Below are positions 1 through 9,419 of a stretch of 64,000 bases of DNA, one piece after another. This stretch comes from Candidatus Micrarchaeota archaeon (GTDB lineage Archaea; Micrarchaeota; Micrarchaeia; Micrarchaeales; CABMGC01), in assembly GCA_021797745.1 (NCBI GenBank), contig JAJZZD010000004.1:5003-69002 (forward strand), given 5' to 3'. Position 1 is the stretch's first letter; each line of letters opens with the position of its first letter. The translations under genes and the position numbers were made by a program. The notes under the pieces are model-generated. The model worked only from the letters and a program-made list of their open reading frames with translations. It was not told the origin of the DNA and made no database searches.

Positions 1-213
1 TGTTTTCATCACCTGTGTTGGTGCGTTCATACTATTAATTTAGTATATCATATATAAATAGATTTCTATATTTAATGTTAAATAATTAGGAACATAGCAT
101 GTATTTTAGCACTAAATTATGAAAAGCAGTAATATATTTTAAGTTAATAGGTCGCATTTAATCCTTCGGAATCCGTCTAATTATAAATAAAACAAACTTC
201 ATAATATAGCTAC

Positions 214-335
214 AGAGGGTGGACATGGTAGGAATAACAAATAAGTACCTTGTACTTCTATTCTCAGTTTTCCTGCTTTCGATGAACAGGATAGCGTATT
301 TTCCCCACTCGTGCTGTCCTGTTTTTCCACCCTCT
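214..335. ncRNA. Candidate structured RNA or small repeat element, 122 nt, closed by a perfect 10-bp terminal helix
   Basis: AGAGGGTGGA (214-223) is the exact reverse complement of TCCACCCTCT (326-335). Internal hairpins are AAGTAC-CTT-GTACTT (243-257) and CCTG...CAGG (272-290). The only overlapping ORF (264-497, minus) looks spurious. Strand and function are unknown. Confidence 0.25.
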
Positions 336-365
336 CCCCACCACTAACAGAGAGGATTGGAGCAA

Positions 366-671
366 ATGAATCAGAATCTTAATCTCGGCAAAAAGGTCAA
401 AATAAGAAGGCAGGCCGCGTGCAGCAAGTTTGTTTTCATAAAGCCGAAGCCGTGCAAAGACGCCGACGAGTTCGCGAAATTTCTCGTTATGCAGCACAAC
501 GTGCAGGAGGTATATGTCGGCGAAGGGGACTACGGCTACATAATTAAGGCGAAACTGGATGACGACAGAATAGAAGGTGAACTGATAAAGGTATCAAACA
601 ATCGTAAACAGACAGGAAAGCAGGGCCCGAGATTCTCAAGCTATTTCAAATACACAAAAACAGATGCATGA
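366..671 (+). CDS. Small stand-alone Lrp/AsnC-type ligand-binding (RAM-like) domain protein, tentative
   Basis: ATG at 366 lies inside track ORF 357-671. The pattern KFVFIKPK...VQEVYVGEGDYGYIIKAKLDD resembles the beta-alpha-beta-beta ligand-binding half of Lrp/AsnC regulators. Confidence 0.35.
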   Translation: MNQNLNLGKKVKIRRQAACSKFVFIKPKPCKDADEFAKFLVMQHNVQEVYVGEGDYGYIIKAKLDDDRIEGELIKVSNNRKQTGKQGPRFSSYFKYTKTDA

Positions 672-683
672 ACTGAAATAAAG

Positions 684-1424
684 TCAAAGCCACTTTTTGA
701 ACCAGCCAACAGTATAAGCGAGCATTTTCTTTTCCACATCTTCGTCGTCGAACGTGTGTCTGGCGTGCGGAATAAGTCGGAGTGCTTTGGGACTACTTGC
801 GATTTTATAGGCCTTTTTCAAGTGTGGGGTGACAATGTTTTTGCTGCCTCCTATGAATAGCGTCGGCACTCTGAGATTAGAAACTTCGTCAGAGATGTCT
901 TTCAGTTTTATTATCTCGGCTATTCTTTTTCTGCCGAGTATATAAGAGTAATCGACTACTGCGAATTCACTGCGCTTGAACTGCCTTTGGATTTCTTTTG
1001 TATTCCAGCTTTTCAGAAGGAATTTAACATCTAAAGCAGGTTCCAGAAGAACCATCGCATTTACGTATTTTTTGTCAATTAGCGCACAGGAAGTACCTCC
1101 CAGGCTGTGGCCTGCAATCCCTATTCTACTGAAGCCTTTGTTATGCATGAATCGTATCGCTGCCTCCAAATCACTTACTTCATCAAGCATCCCGACTTTG
1201 GTGAATTTCCCTTTGCTCGGCCACCTCCCGCGTGTGTTGAAGCCAAGAGAAACAAATCCGCCTTTCGCCAAAGCACGCGTTACTGCTATAGGAAGATGGT
1301 ATTCCAGTATCTCGTCAGGATAGCCATTGGAAAATATCACTGCTTTGCGCGTTTGGCTTTTTGGATAATGAATAATGCCGAATAGCTTCGTATTTCCGCT
1401 TTTAATGCGAACTTCTTGCTCCAC
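684..1424 (-). CDS. Alpha/beta-fold serine hydrolase
   Basis: Nucleophile elbow GIAGHSLGG, with a C-terminal HARH candidate catalytic His. The 246-aa length fits the family. Confidence 0.7.
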   Translation of the reverse strand: MEQEVRIKSGNTKLFGIIHYPKSQTRKAVIFSNGYPDEILEYHLPIAVTRALAKGGFVSLGFNTRGRWPSKGKFTKVGMLDEVSDLEAAIRFMHNKGFSRIGIAGHSLGGTSCALIDKKYVNAMVLLEPALDVKFLLKSWNTKEIQRQFKRSEFAVVDYSYILGRKRIAEIIKLKDISDEVSNLRVPTLFIGGSKNIVTPHLKKAYKIASSPKALRLIPHARHTFDDEDVEKKMLAYTVGWFKKWL

Positions 1425-1443
1425 TATCGCACCGGCTGAGAAT

Positions 1444-2124
1444 TCATACCCGCTTCAGAATATATTTGTAAAGCACTGCCGCGAGTATCGCTCCTACTAT
1501 CGGCCCTATCCACCATACATACCAATTTGCAAAAGACTGGGCAACGAGTTCCGGACCCGCGGCTCTTGCCGGGTTGAACATTGCGCCGGAGAACGGACCC
1601 ATTGCAAGCGCTCCCACTGTCACTGTAAGCCCTATTGCCATGCCGCCAAGCCTAGGTCCTTTTTTATCGATTGCAGTTCCGAATACCACAAGCACAAGGA
1701 AGAATGTGCCCACTGCTTCCAGCATTATTCCCTGCATTACGGACGTCTGGGCGCCTAGAGAAGGTGCACCCAAAGAGGCAGCAGCACTTGAGACCTGAGG
1801 CATTGCGAGAAATATTATTATTGCTGCAAGGACTGCGCCGATGACTTCGAAAAGTATGTAAACAAGCGCCTCTGCGGCTTTTATTTTTTTAGCAACAAGT
1901 GCGCCGATGGTGACTGCAGGGTTAAGGAATCCTCCAGATATGGACATAGTTGCAGATACCGCCACTGCGAGGCCTATTCCGTTTGCAAGTGCTATCAGCA
2001 AAAGCGCAATCGAGGCAGAACCTGAGATGTACGCGGATGCGACCACAGCTCCTGCGCCCACGAAAACGAATGCAAAAGTGCCAAATAGCTCGGCAATTGC
2101 CCTTTGTGTCAATGTAGCCGGCAT
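1444..2124 (-). CDS. aqpM: MIP-family channel (aquaporin/aquaglyceroporin)
   Basis: Two NPA boxes (SGGFLNPAVTIG and GAMFNPARAAG) in a six-TM-like hydrophobic profile. Confidence 0.85.
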   Translation of the reverse strand: MPATLTQRAIAELFGTFAFVFVGAGAVVASAYISGSASIALLLIALANGIGLAVAVSATMSISGGFLNPAVTIGALVAKKIKAAEALVYILFEVIGAVLAAIIIFLAMPQVSSAAASLGAPSLGAQTSVMQGIMLEAVGTFFLVLVVFGTAIDKKGPRLGGMAIGLTVTVGALAMGPFSGAMFNPARAAGPELVAQSFANWYVWWIGPIVGAILAAVLYKYILKRV

Positions 2125-2208
2125 AAGAACATCCGAAATAAAAGGGAAGCCAAAGAATAAAAGAATGTCGAAATATCAGATTATAAAGACGAATTGAGAG
2201 ACATAGTT

Positions 2209-3936
2209 ATGTACAACTCGAAGCTTGCCGAGCTGTTCGAGGAAATTGCAGACATGCTCGAGCTTGACCCGAAAATAAGCAGGTTCGAGCCGCGCGCATA
2301 CAGGAAGGCGGCGATGACAATAGGCACGCTGCAGGAAGACGTCGGGGAAATATACGAAAAGAGGGGCCTTAACGGGCTTATGGAGCTGAGCGGCGTTGGA
2401 AAAAGCATCGCGGGGCATATAGAAGAGTACATCAAAACCGGAAAAATAAAAAAATATGAAGAATTGAAGAAAAAATATCCTGTTGATTTCTCAGGTTTGA
2501 CCAAAATACAGGGCATGGGCGCGAAAAAGGCGCTAAAGTTATATACTGAATTGAATGTGAAAAACGTAGACGATTTGAAAAAGGCAATTGAGCGGCACAG
2601 GATAAGAGAATTGGAGGGATTCGGAGAGCGGAGTGAAGAGGAATTGGCAAAGGGAATCGCGCTGCTTGAATCGAGCAAGGGAAGAATGCTTCTGGGCACG
2701 GCCCTTCCTGAAGCTGAAAACATAGTGAAAAAACTCATGGACTCTGGGCTTGTAGAAAAAGCAATGGTCTGCGGCTCTACAAGGAGGATGAAGGAAACTG
2801 TTGGCGATTTGGACATTCTCATAATATCGAAAAATGGGGAAAAGGTGATGGACTTCGTTACGAAAATGAACGAGGTAGAAAACATCATGCTCAGAGGTCC
2901 CACAAAAACTACAGTGTGGCTGAAAATAGGGCTTAGCTGCGATTTCAGGCTCATAGAGCCGACAAGCTTCGGGGCCGCGACGCAGTATTTCACAGGCAAC
3001 AAGAACCATAACATCAAAATCAGGGAGATCGCGATAAAGAAAGGCTACAAGCTCAACGAATACGGCCTTTTCGACAAGAAAAACAGGAACGCAGTTGCGG
3101 GCAAAGGAGAGGAAGAGATATACAAAGCATTAGGCATGGATTGCATGCCGCCCGAGATGCGCGAGGACAGAGGCGAACTCGACCTTGCAGCGCAGCACAA
3201 GCTGCCGCAGGTAGTCGGACTTGACGACATACTGGGAGACCTGCACGTTCACAGCAAGCACAGCGACGGAGACAGCACGATAGAGGAAATGGCGCTGGAG
3301 GCAAAAAAGCTTGGAAGGAAATACATTGGCATAACGGACCACTCGAAGAGCGAGCATGTTGCAAATGGCATGGACGATTCGCAATTCCTGAAGTATTTCG
3401 ACGAAATTGACAGGCTGAACGACAGAGGCTTGGGAATAAAGATTCTGAAGAGCGGGGAGGTAGACATACTTAAGGACGGAACTCTGGACCTTAAAGACAA
3501 AACGCTCGAGCAGATGGATTATGTAATAGGAAGCGTGCACATGAACACGAACATGGACAAAGAAGAGATGACGAAAAGGGTCATTAAGGCAATAGAAAGC
3601 GGTCACTTAAATATAATCGCGCATCCGACAGGCAGGCTGATAAACCGCAGGGAGCCTTTCCAGATAGACTTGGACAATGTGTTCGAATCTGCGGAAAAAA
3701 ACAATGTGGCAATGGAAATAGACGCATTCCCTGACAGGCTCGACCTTAACGACGAAAACATATTCAAAGCCAAAAAATACAAAATAAACTTTTCAATTGA
3801 CACCGATGCGCATAGGCCTTCGCATCTGCAGTTCATGAGATACGGCATAGGCATGGCCAGGCGCGGCTGGTTGACAGCGCACAACGTGCTTAATACGCTG
3901 CCTGAGGAAAAGCTGCTCAAAGTATTTAAAAAATAG
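2209..3936 (+). CDS. polX: Family X DNA polymerase with C-terminal PHP phosphoesterase domain
   Basis: HhH-rich N-terminus, Pol-beta nucleotidyltransferase motif GSTRRMKETVGDLDILI, and PHP motif GDLHVHSKHSDG. The track ORF starts at TTG 2194; ATG 2209 is the more likely start. Confidence 0.85.
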   Translation: MYNSKLAELFEEIADMLELDPKISRFEPRAYRKAAMTIGTLQEDVGEIYEKRGLNGLMELSGVGKSIAGHIEEYIKTGKIKKYEELKKKYPVDFSGLTKIQGMGAKKALKLYTELNVKNVDDLKKAIERHRIRELEGFGERSEEELAKGIALLESSKGRMLLGTALPEAENIVKKLMDSGLVEKAMVCGSTRRMKETVGDLDILIISKNGEKVMDFVTKMNEVENIMLRGPTKTTVWLKIGLSCDFRLIEPTSFGAATQYFTGNKNHNIKIREIAIKKGYKLNEYGLFDKKNRNAVAGKGEEEIYKALGMDCMPPEMREDRGELDLAAQHKLPQVVGLDDILGDLHVHSKHSDGDSTIEEMALEAKKLGRKYIGITDHSKSEHVANGMDDSQFLKYFDEIDRLNDRGLGIKILKSGEVDILKDGTLDLKDKTLEQMDYVIGSVHMNTNMDKEEMTKRVIKAIESGHLNIIAHPTGRLINRREPFQIDLDNVFESAEKNNVAMEIDAFPDRLDLNDENIFKAKKYKINFSIDTDAHRPSHLQFMRYGIGMARRGWLTAHNVLNTLPEEKLLKVFKK

Positions 3937-3969
3937 AATGAAAATAGTAACAGTTATGAAAGGGTAAAC

Positions 3970-4479
3970 ATGAAAACCACAATTTATGAAGCTACAACCG
4001 CAAACGGGATGATCGCAAGAAAGAATGGAGACATGGGTTTCTTGTCCGATATGGAGTGGCAGGGATTCATGCAGATGGCATACGACGTTGGAAACTGCAT
4101 CATAGGAAGAAAAACGTTCGACGTTTTGCTGGAGAAGGGAAAATTCCCGCTTAACTGCTTCAATGTAGTGCTTTCCAAGGGAAAGCGCGATAACAAGTGG
4201 CCAAAAACAGTAGCATTCTGCAAATCGCCAAAAGCTGCACTGAAACTACTTGCGGCAAAAGGTTTCAAAGAAGCATTGGTTATGGGAGGAGGGCTTACAA
4301 ACACGAGTTTCATAAAGAGCAGGCTTGCCGACAAAATAATCGTTGACATAGAGCCTATGCTGCTCGCAGACGGAATAAAATTGTTTGAGGGCAAAGACTT
4401 CGAAAACAAGCTTAAGCTCGAGGATGCGCAGAAGTTTTCTACGGATGAAGTCAGGCTTATATACAGGGTAATAAAATGA
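3970..4479 (+). CDS. RibD C-terminal / dihydrofolate-reductase-like reductase, paralog 1
   Basis: N-terminal pattern TANGMIARKNGD...GRKTFDVL and the ~170-aa length are typical of the RibD_C/DHFR-like fold. Confidence 0.55.
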   Translation: MKTTIYEATTANGMIARKNGDMGFLSDMEWQGFMQMAYDVGNCIIGRKTFDVLLEKGKFPLNCFNVVLSKGKRDNKWPKTVAFCKSPKAALKLLAAKGFKEALVMGGGLTNTSFIKSRLADKIIVDIEPMLLADGIKLFEGKDFENKLKLEDAQKFSTDEVRLIYRVIK

Positions 4480-5012
4480 GCATCATCGGGCACAAAATGA
4501 ACGTTGCAGCTTACATGGCAATAACACCAAATGGCATGGTCGCCAAAGACGCAACGAGAATGGGATTTGGCTCTGAATTCGACTACAATCTTTTCAAAAA
4601 TAAGGTCGAAGAGACAGGAAACGTGATAATGGGAAGAAATACGTTCGAAGCTAGCAGGCGCGCAGGAAACTTCCCGCACAAGGCGTTCAATGTGGTAATG
4701 ACAAAGAAGAGCATAAAGAACAGATTCGGGAAAAATGTCGTGTTTACGAAAGAAAAGCCCGAAGGGGTACTGCGGCTCTTGCAGAGCAAAGGATTTGAAA
4801 ACGTGCTGATAGCTGGCGGAGAGAAACTTGTTTCGAGTTTCATGAAGGAAAAGCTCGTTGACGAAATTATGCTTGATTTTGAGCCAAGTCTGTTCACAAA
4901 AGGAATAAGATTCTTTGAAAGTGCGGCGAATTCAGAAGCGCGGTTGAAGCTTCTCGAGGTGAAAAGGCTCTCGCCGAATGAAGTTCAGCTGCACTACAGA
5001 GTGCTGAAGTAA
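4476..5012 (+). CDS. RibD C-terminal / dihydrofolate-reductase-like reductase, paralog 2
   Basis: Clearly similar to the upstream gene (TPNGMVAKD...GRNTFEAS...LIAGGEKL). Its start overlaps the upstream stop as ATGA (4476-4479). Confidence 0.55.
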   Translation: MSIIGHKMNVAAYMAITPNGMVAKDATRMGFGSEFDYNLFKNKVEETGNVIMGRNTFEASRRAGNFPHKAFNVVMTKKSIKNRFGKNVVFTKEKPEGVLRLLQSKGFENVLIAGGEKLVSSFMKEKLVDEIMLDFEPSLFTKGIRFFESAANSEARLKLLEVKRLSPNEVQLHYRVLK

Positions 5013-5111
5013 CGCAATTGCGTTTTGGCAGGGTAACGCCAGAATCCTTGCATACGACAAAGATAGAATTAAAATTAAATACCAAAAGATACTGCATAAT
5101 ACTGTATAAAA

Positions 5112-5573
5112 ATGAGATCGATAAAGAGCAGTCGCACAACCATATGGGAATTTGAGGCAAAGGGAGTGCAGGTAACGCTGGAAAAGAAAGAAGAAGACAA
5201 GTACAGAGCAGTGATAAAAGGCGCCAGTGTAGACAGGGTTTTGGATATAGAGATAAAAACTGAATCAGTTACAGTGATGGGCTTTTCGGAGCAAAAAATA
5301 ATTTTCAATATTGAAGAAACGCATAAAATGGGCAATGTCGCTACAAAACCCATCTTTCACAGACGCACGTTTAAAATGGTGCGGTATGATATAACTGACG
5401 AGTATCCGACGATTACTGATGATGAGATTGCAGGAAATTTGCGTAATGTGATATTAGATAATTATGTAGTCCGCGAACCAATACTTGCAGGACTTTTAAG
5501 AGGAGACAAGATACGATTAAAAGTACCGCACATACTTGCAAAACTTTTTAGAGTAGACTATGTGCACATATAA
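5112..5573 (+). CDS. Hypothetical protein
   Basis: A 153-aa ORF in an otherwise unoccupied interval. No motif recognised. Confidence 0.4.
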   Translation: MRSIKSSRTTIWEFEAKGVQVTLEKKEEDKYRAVIKGASVDRVLDIEIKTESVTVMGFSEQKIIFNIEETHKMGNVATKPIFHRRTFKMVRYDITDEYPTITDDEIAGNLRNVILDNYVVREPILAGLLRGDKIRLKVPHILAKLFRVDYVHI

Positions 5574-5579
5574 TGTGAA

Positions 5580-5966
5580 TTACGGTTTCTGCACATGCAC
5601 GTGCTCGGGTTCTATTCTCAAAATGACGCGGTCGCCGTGCTGCCGGTAGTTAGTTCCTATGTATTTGTTTGAAAGTTTGTCTATGTGCTCTTCAGCTCCA
5701 TCTGTTTTTATCTCTGCAACTTTTCCCCTTATGTAAACAGCGTCATATGGATCCTGCATGCTGAATACGCTGACCGCAATTCTTGGGTCCCTTGTCACAT
5801 TCTTAGTCTTTACGCGGTCTTTTGTCGTATTTATCAAAACAAAATCGCCGTCGCGGTCTACCCATGTGACACTTATCTGCGGAGAGCCATCTTTCATAAG
5901 CGTGGCGACAGTTGCGAAATTCTTTCCATCTATAAGCGTCTTTGCTTTGTCAGGCAGGCTAATCAT
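5580..5966 (-). CDS. Pyridoxamine 5'-phosphate oxidase-like (FMN/F420-binding split-barrel) protein
   Basis: GKNFATVATLMKDGSPQISVTWV...RDPRIAVSV is typical of the PPOX-class small flavin/deazaflavin binders. It abuts the gdh stop with zero gap. Confidence 0.6.
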   Translation of the reverse strand: MISLPDKAKTLIDGKNFATVATLMKDGSPQISVTWVDRDGDFVLINTTKDRVKTKNVTRDPRIAVSVFSMQDPYDAVYIRGKVAEIKTDGAEEHIDKLSNKYIGTNYRQHGDRVILRIEPEHVHVQKP

Positions 5967-7229
5967 TCAGTACCAGCCCCTTGCCTTCATGGCTGCTGCC
6001 ACCCTGCCAACTGCGATTATGTAAGCCGCCATGCGGGTATTTATCTTCTTGCCCTTTTCAGCGTACTGCTTCTGCGTTGCTATAACGTCCTTGAAAGATT
6101 TTGTTATTATTGTGTCTAGCTTCTGGTACACCTCATCTTTTGTCCAGTAATAATTCTGCGTATTCTGCGCCCATTCGAAATAAGACCCTATTACTCCTCC
6201 TGAGTTAACTAGGAAATCCGGCAAATCGAACACGCCGTTCTGTGCAAGTATTCCGTCGGCATCGGGCGTAACCGGGCCGTTTGCCAGTTCAAGCAGTATG
6301 CTTGCGTTTACCTTGTCAGCGTTGGATTTTGTGACCTGGTTCTCTATCGCGGCAGGAATCAGAACATCCACATCAAGCTCGAGTAGCTGCTCGTTGGTTA
6401 TCTTCTGCGCGCCCTTGTAGCTTTCCAGGTTGCCTGTTCTTTCCTTGACATCCTTGAGCTTGTTGAAATCCAGCCCACTTTCCAAATACACTCCGCCTCT
6501 CGAGTCGCTTATTGCCACTATCTTTGAGCCGAAGAGCTTTGTCGCAAGCTCAAACGCGAACGAACCAGCGTTTCCAAATCCTTGTATTGCTATCTTCGCC
6601 TTTCTGAGGTTAAGCTTTTTCATCTTTGCGGCTTCGCGAAGAACGTACATTGCCCCCATTGCAGTAGAATCGGAACGCCCTTCAGACCCCCATGTCTCCA
6701 GGGGCTTGCCCGTTATCACTCCGAATTCGTTATGCCCTTTTATCTTGCTGTACTCATCCATCATCCACGCCATAATCTGCGGGGTCGTATATACATCTGG
6801 GGCCGGAATGTCGGTCTTTGGCCCTATGAAACCTGCAATCGACCTTATGTACTGCCTAGAGAGGGCTTCAAGTTCGAAATCATTCATTGACTTTGTGTCG
6901 CAAATGACTCCGCCTTTGGCGCCGCCGAACGGAATGTTGGCGAGCGAGCATTTCCATGTCATCCATGCCGAGAGCGCCTTGACAGTGTCTAGGTCTTCAT
7001 GCGGATGGAACCTTATGCCGCCCTTGCCCGGTCCCCTTGCATTGTTGTACATCACACGAAATCCTGTGAATGTTTTAGTTGTATTGTCCTTCATTCTTAC
7101 AGGAAAATTCACTGTAACCGTTTGCATGGGCTCGCGAAGGAGGGCATGCGCATGCCTGTCGAGATTCATTATTTCGGCTGCATCATCGAGCTGCTTCTGC
7201 GCGTTTTTGAAGGGATTTTGTTCTTCCAT
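5967..7229 (-). CDS. gdhA: Glutamate dehydrogenase
   Basis: Active-site box PFGGAKGGV and dinucleotide-binding IAIQGFGNAGSF. The likely start is MEEQNPF at 7229 (the track ORF extends to 7253). Confidence 0.9.
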   Translation of the reverse strand: MEEQNPFKNAQKQLDDAAEIMNLDRHAHALLREPMQTVTVNFPVRMKDNTTKTFTGFRVMYNNARGPGKGGIRFHPHEDLDTVKALSAWMTWKCSLANIPFGGAKGGVICDTKSMNDFELEALSRQYIRSIAGFIGPKTDIPAPDVYTTPQIMAWMMDEYSKIKGHNEFGVITGKPLETWGSEGRSDSTAMGAMYVLREAAKMKKLNLRKAKIAIQGFGNAGSFAFELATKLFGSKIVAISDSRGGVYLESGLDFNKLKDVKERTGNLESYKGAQKITNEQLLELDVDVLIPAAIENQVTKSNADKVNASILLELANGPVTPDADGILAQNGVFDLPDFLVNSGGVIGSYFEWAQNTQNYYWTKDEVYQKLDTIITKSFKDVIATQKQYAEKGKKINTRMAAYIIAVGRVAAAMKARGWY

Positions 7230-7271
7230 TATACCACTTAGCGTAAAATGCAAAACGTGAATGAATTTATG

Positions 7272-7589
7272 TCATGCCTTAATTTCTGCTTCGAGCGCCA
7301 GCTTGCCGCACAGCCAGTCTATTTCTTTTTCTACTTCTGCGCGCGGCCTGCCTCCGGCTATGGCAGCGATCAGTTGGTCAGCCATTCCGCTTGAAAGTAT
7401 GCGCGACTTTAGCTTTAAGATGTCCTCAGAACAGTTATTTGAAAGGTATTTGCTCACTGCAGGCTGCGCGACGCTTAGCCTGTCTGCTATGTCAGACTCG
7501 GTGTACTTGTATGTTTTGTTGAGCACCTCAGCAACAGATGCGCGGATTGCCGGCAGTATTACTTTGGTTATGCTTTTGCATTCAGGCAT
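7272..7589 (-). CDS. Small helix-turn-helix transcriptional regulator
   Basis: YTESDIADRLSVAQPAVSKYL is a classic HTH segment. Length is 105 aa. Confidence 0.55.
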   Translation of the reverse strand: MPECKSITKVILPAIRASVAEVLNKTYKYTESDIADRLSVAQPAVSKYLSNNCSEDILKLKSRILSSGMADQLIAAIAGGRPRAEVEKEIDWLCGKLALEAEIKA

Positions 7590-7655
7590 ATGACTTCACA
7601 ATAAGTAAAAGGATTTAGTCGGAAAAGGTATTTATAGCATATGCAGAAACGGCAG

Positions 7656-8282
7656 TCACACTATGCCAAGCGAGTCCTTTATTTTTCCTCCTATGCCTTT
7701 TCTTGGAGCAGGCGGCTGTGGATTCTTGTAAGTCTCATTGTTTTCAGCCCCTTGCTGCGGCTTTTTGCCATGCAGGGAAAATTTCACCAAAGGCAACGAG
7801 AAGCTTTTTTTATCCTGGTGCTGTGCAACAGGCGTTTGGACCTGCGGCGCAGTCCTTGCCGACTGCGGCCTCTTGAATGGTTTTTCTATAGATTTTATTG
7901 CTGATGACACGCCGCCTTTTTTTGAGCGCCATGGCATTTTCTCGACTGCCCTTATGACGTCTTCAAGCGATTCCTGGCTGAGGCTTCGCATTACCAATAC
8001 ATTAGCCCCGTTCTCATTAGCCAGTTCTACGTCTTCAGCGTTTCCGCATACAACCGAAGTCACACCTTCGCGTTTGTTGAGCATAAGATTGATTTTTATC
8101 GGGTCCTCCGATACTAGTATGTGCACGTCGTACTTGCCAGTGCCTACCTGCTCTTCTATTGTATTCGCAGCTTCGCCGGGCTCTGCTGCCATTTCCTTTG
8201 CCACGACGCTGTGGTCGTCTTTTAGCAGCTCAACTATTGGGTCCACTCCACCTGAAACATTGCTTAAAACGAATATGCGCAT
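7656..8282 (-). CDS. Hypothetical protein with a globular N-domain and a basic, P/Q-rich tail
   Basis: 208-aa ORF. GVTSVVCGNAEDVELANENGANVLVM loosely recalls the RpiB/LacAB fold; this is weak. Confidence 0.4.
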   Translation of the reverse strand: MRIFVLSNVSGGVDPIVELLKDDHSVVAKEMAAEPGEAANTIEEQVGTGKYDVHILVSEDPIKINLMLNKREGVTSVVCGNAEDVELANENGANVLVMRSLSQESLEDVIRAVEKMPWRSKKGGVSSAIKSIEKPFKRPQSARTAPQVQTPVAQHQDKKSFSLPLVKFSLHGKKPQQGAENNETYKNPQPPAPRKGIGGKIKDSLGIV

Positions 8283-8399
8283 AGACTCGGCTCTGTGGCA
8301 TCAATAATAGAAAATATGAGAACAAAGATATAATAGGTTAATCCTGTCAAATATGCCTTAGTAAAGGCAGGGTTTAGGCATAGTTTTAGAGGTAAGTGA

Positions 8400-8639
8400 A
8401 TGAGAGGAAAAGAAATAAGTGTTGTTTGCGATTCATGCGGAAGGAAGATGCCGAGAAACAAGGCAGTTGCATATGAAAAGGGAGTTTCTTTCTCTACAGA
8501 ACTGCACAATGCGAACGACGTCAGGTTTTTCGAAAAGAAGAAAGTATACTACTGCGTGAGCTGCGCGAAGCACAGGCACATATTCCAGCGCAAGGCAGAG
8601 GAAGCAGAAAGAAATAGCAGAAAAGGCAGAGGATTCTGA
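8400..8639 (+). CDS. rps26e: Ribosomal protein S26e (eS26)
   Basis: CDSCGRKMPRNKAV...YYCVSCAKHRHI matches the eS26 zinc-ribbon pattern. A GAGGT lies upstream of the start. Confidence 0.8.
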   Translation: MRGKEISVVCDSCGRKMPRNKAVAYEKGVSFSTELHNANDVRFFEKKKVYYCVSCAKHRHIFQRKAEEAERNSRKGRGF

Positions 8640-8677
8640 AATGTTTGCGTGAGCGTTTAGAAAATCCAGATGTTTAG

Positions 8678-9319
8678 ATGGCCGTTGACACTGAAGACAT
8701 TTTGATCTTCAAGGCTCGCAAGATGAAAGCTGCGGGGCAGAAAAAGCCAGAGGAGGCTGCGGGCGTGCAGGCACAGGCCGAGGAAAAGCCTGTAGAGGCT
8801 GGCACGATACCCGCATATGAAATGCCAGTTGAAAGCCTTCCGCAGGCAAAGAAGGAAAAAGTAATTTCAGTAACGAAAAATCCTTTCATAAAGGTTGCAG
8901 GCGCAATACTGGTTGTAAACGCGATCGTACTGGGTTATTTTATATATCCGCAGGCTGCCGCGCTGTCGGCATACGCGTCGAGCGCAGGAATAGTGAGCTT
9001 CATAGCAAATTTCAACTTTTCATACACTACAGACATTGTCAACGTTGCCCTGGTGCTCCTTAACGCACTCGCAGGGATATTTTCATTCACTAAATGGAGA
9101 GGCAATTTTGTGCTTGACGCGGCATCGAGCTCTTTGACATTGATGCTAGGCGTATTCGAATTTTTCAGCGACACTTATCTCACATATTTCCTTGCAGTGG
9201 TAGCGCTGGCGCTTTTGTCCATAGGATCGATAGCATATGGCAGGATGAGCGCTGTAGCAATTGAGGAGGAGAAGACGAAAATGCCAGATATCAACTGGCC
9301 AGGCGCTGAGAAGTTCTGA
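8678..9319 (+). CDS. Membrane protein, unknown function
   Basis: Charged N-terminal ~60 aa followed by about four hydrophobic helices. Confidence 0.5.
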   Translation: MAVDTEDILIFKARKMKAAGQKKPEEAAGVQAQAEEKPVEAGTIPAYEMPVESLPQAKKEKVISVTKNPFIKVAGAILVVNAIVLGYFIYPQAAALSAYASSAGIVSFIANFNFSYTTDIVNVALVLLNALAGIFSFTKWRGNFVLDAASSSLTLMLGVFEFFSDTYLTYFLAVVALALLSIGSIAYGRMSAVAIEEEKTKMPDINWPGAEKF

Positions 9320-9419
9320 TTGAGGCATCTCTGTGGCTAAATATCTTAGGATTTATCGGCGCGATAATTAATAATAGTTGCTGCCTAATTTATTGCAGCA
9401 AATCAGCAATGTGATAAAA

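Noticed and set aside
2181-3017. A 278-aa minus-strand ORF antisense to polX. Similar long antisense ORFs lie at 6430-7260 (opposite gdhA), 59569-60486 (opposite rpoA'), 47721-48413 (opposite rpl13/rpl18e) and 3984-4679.
   Set aside because: Their translations are low-complexity or Ser/Leu/Phe-rich with no motifs. Each is fully shadowed by a strongly supported gene on the other strand.
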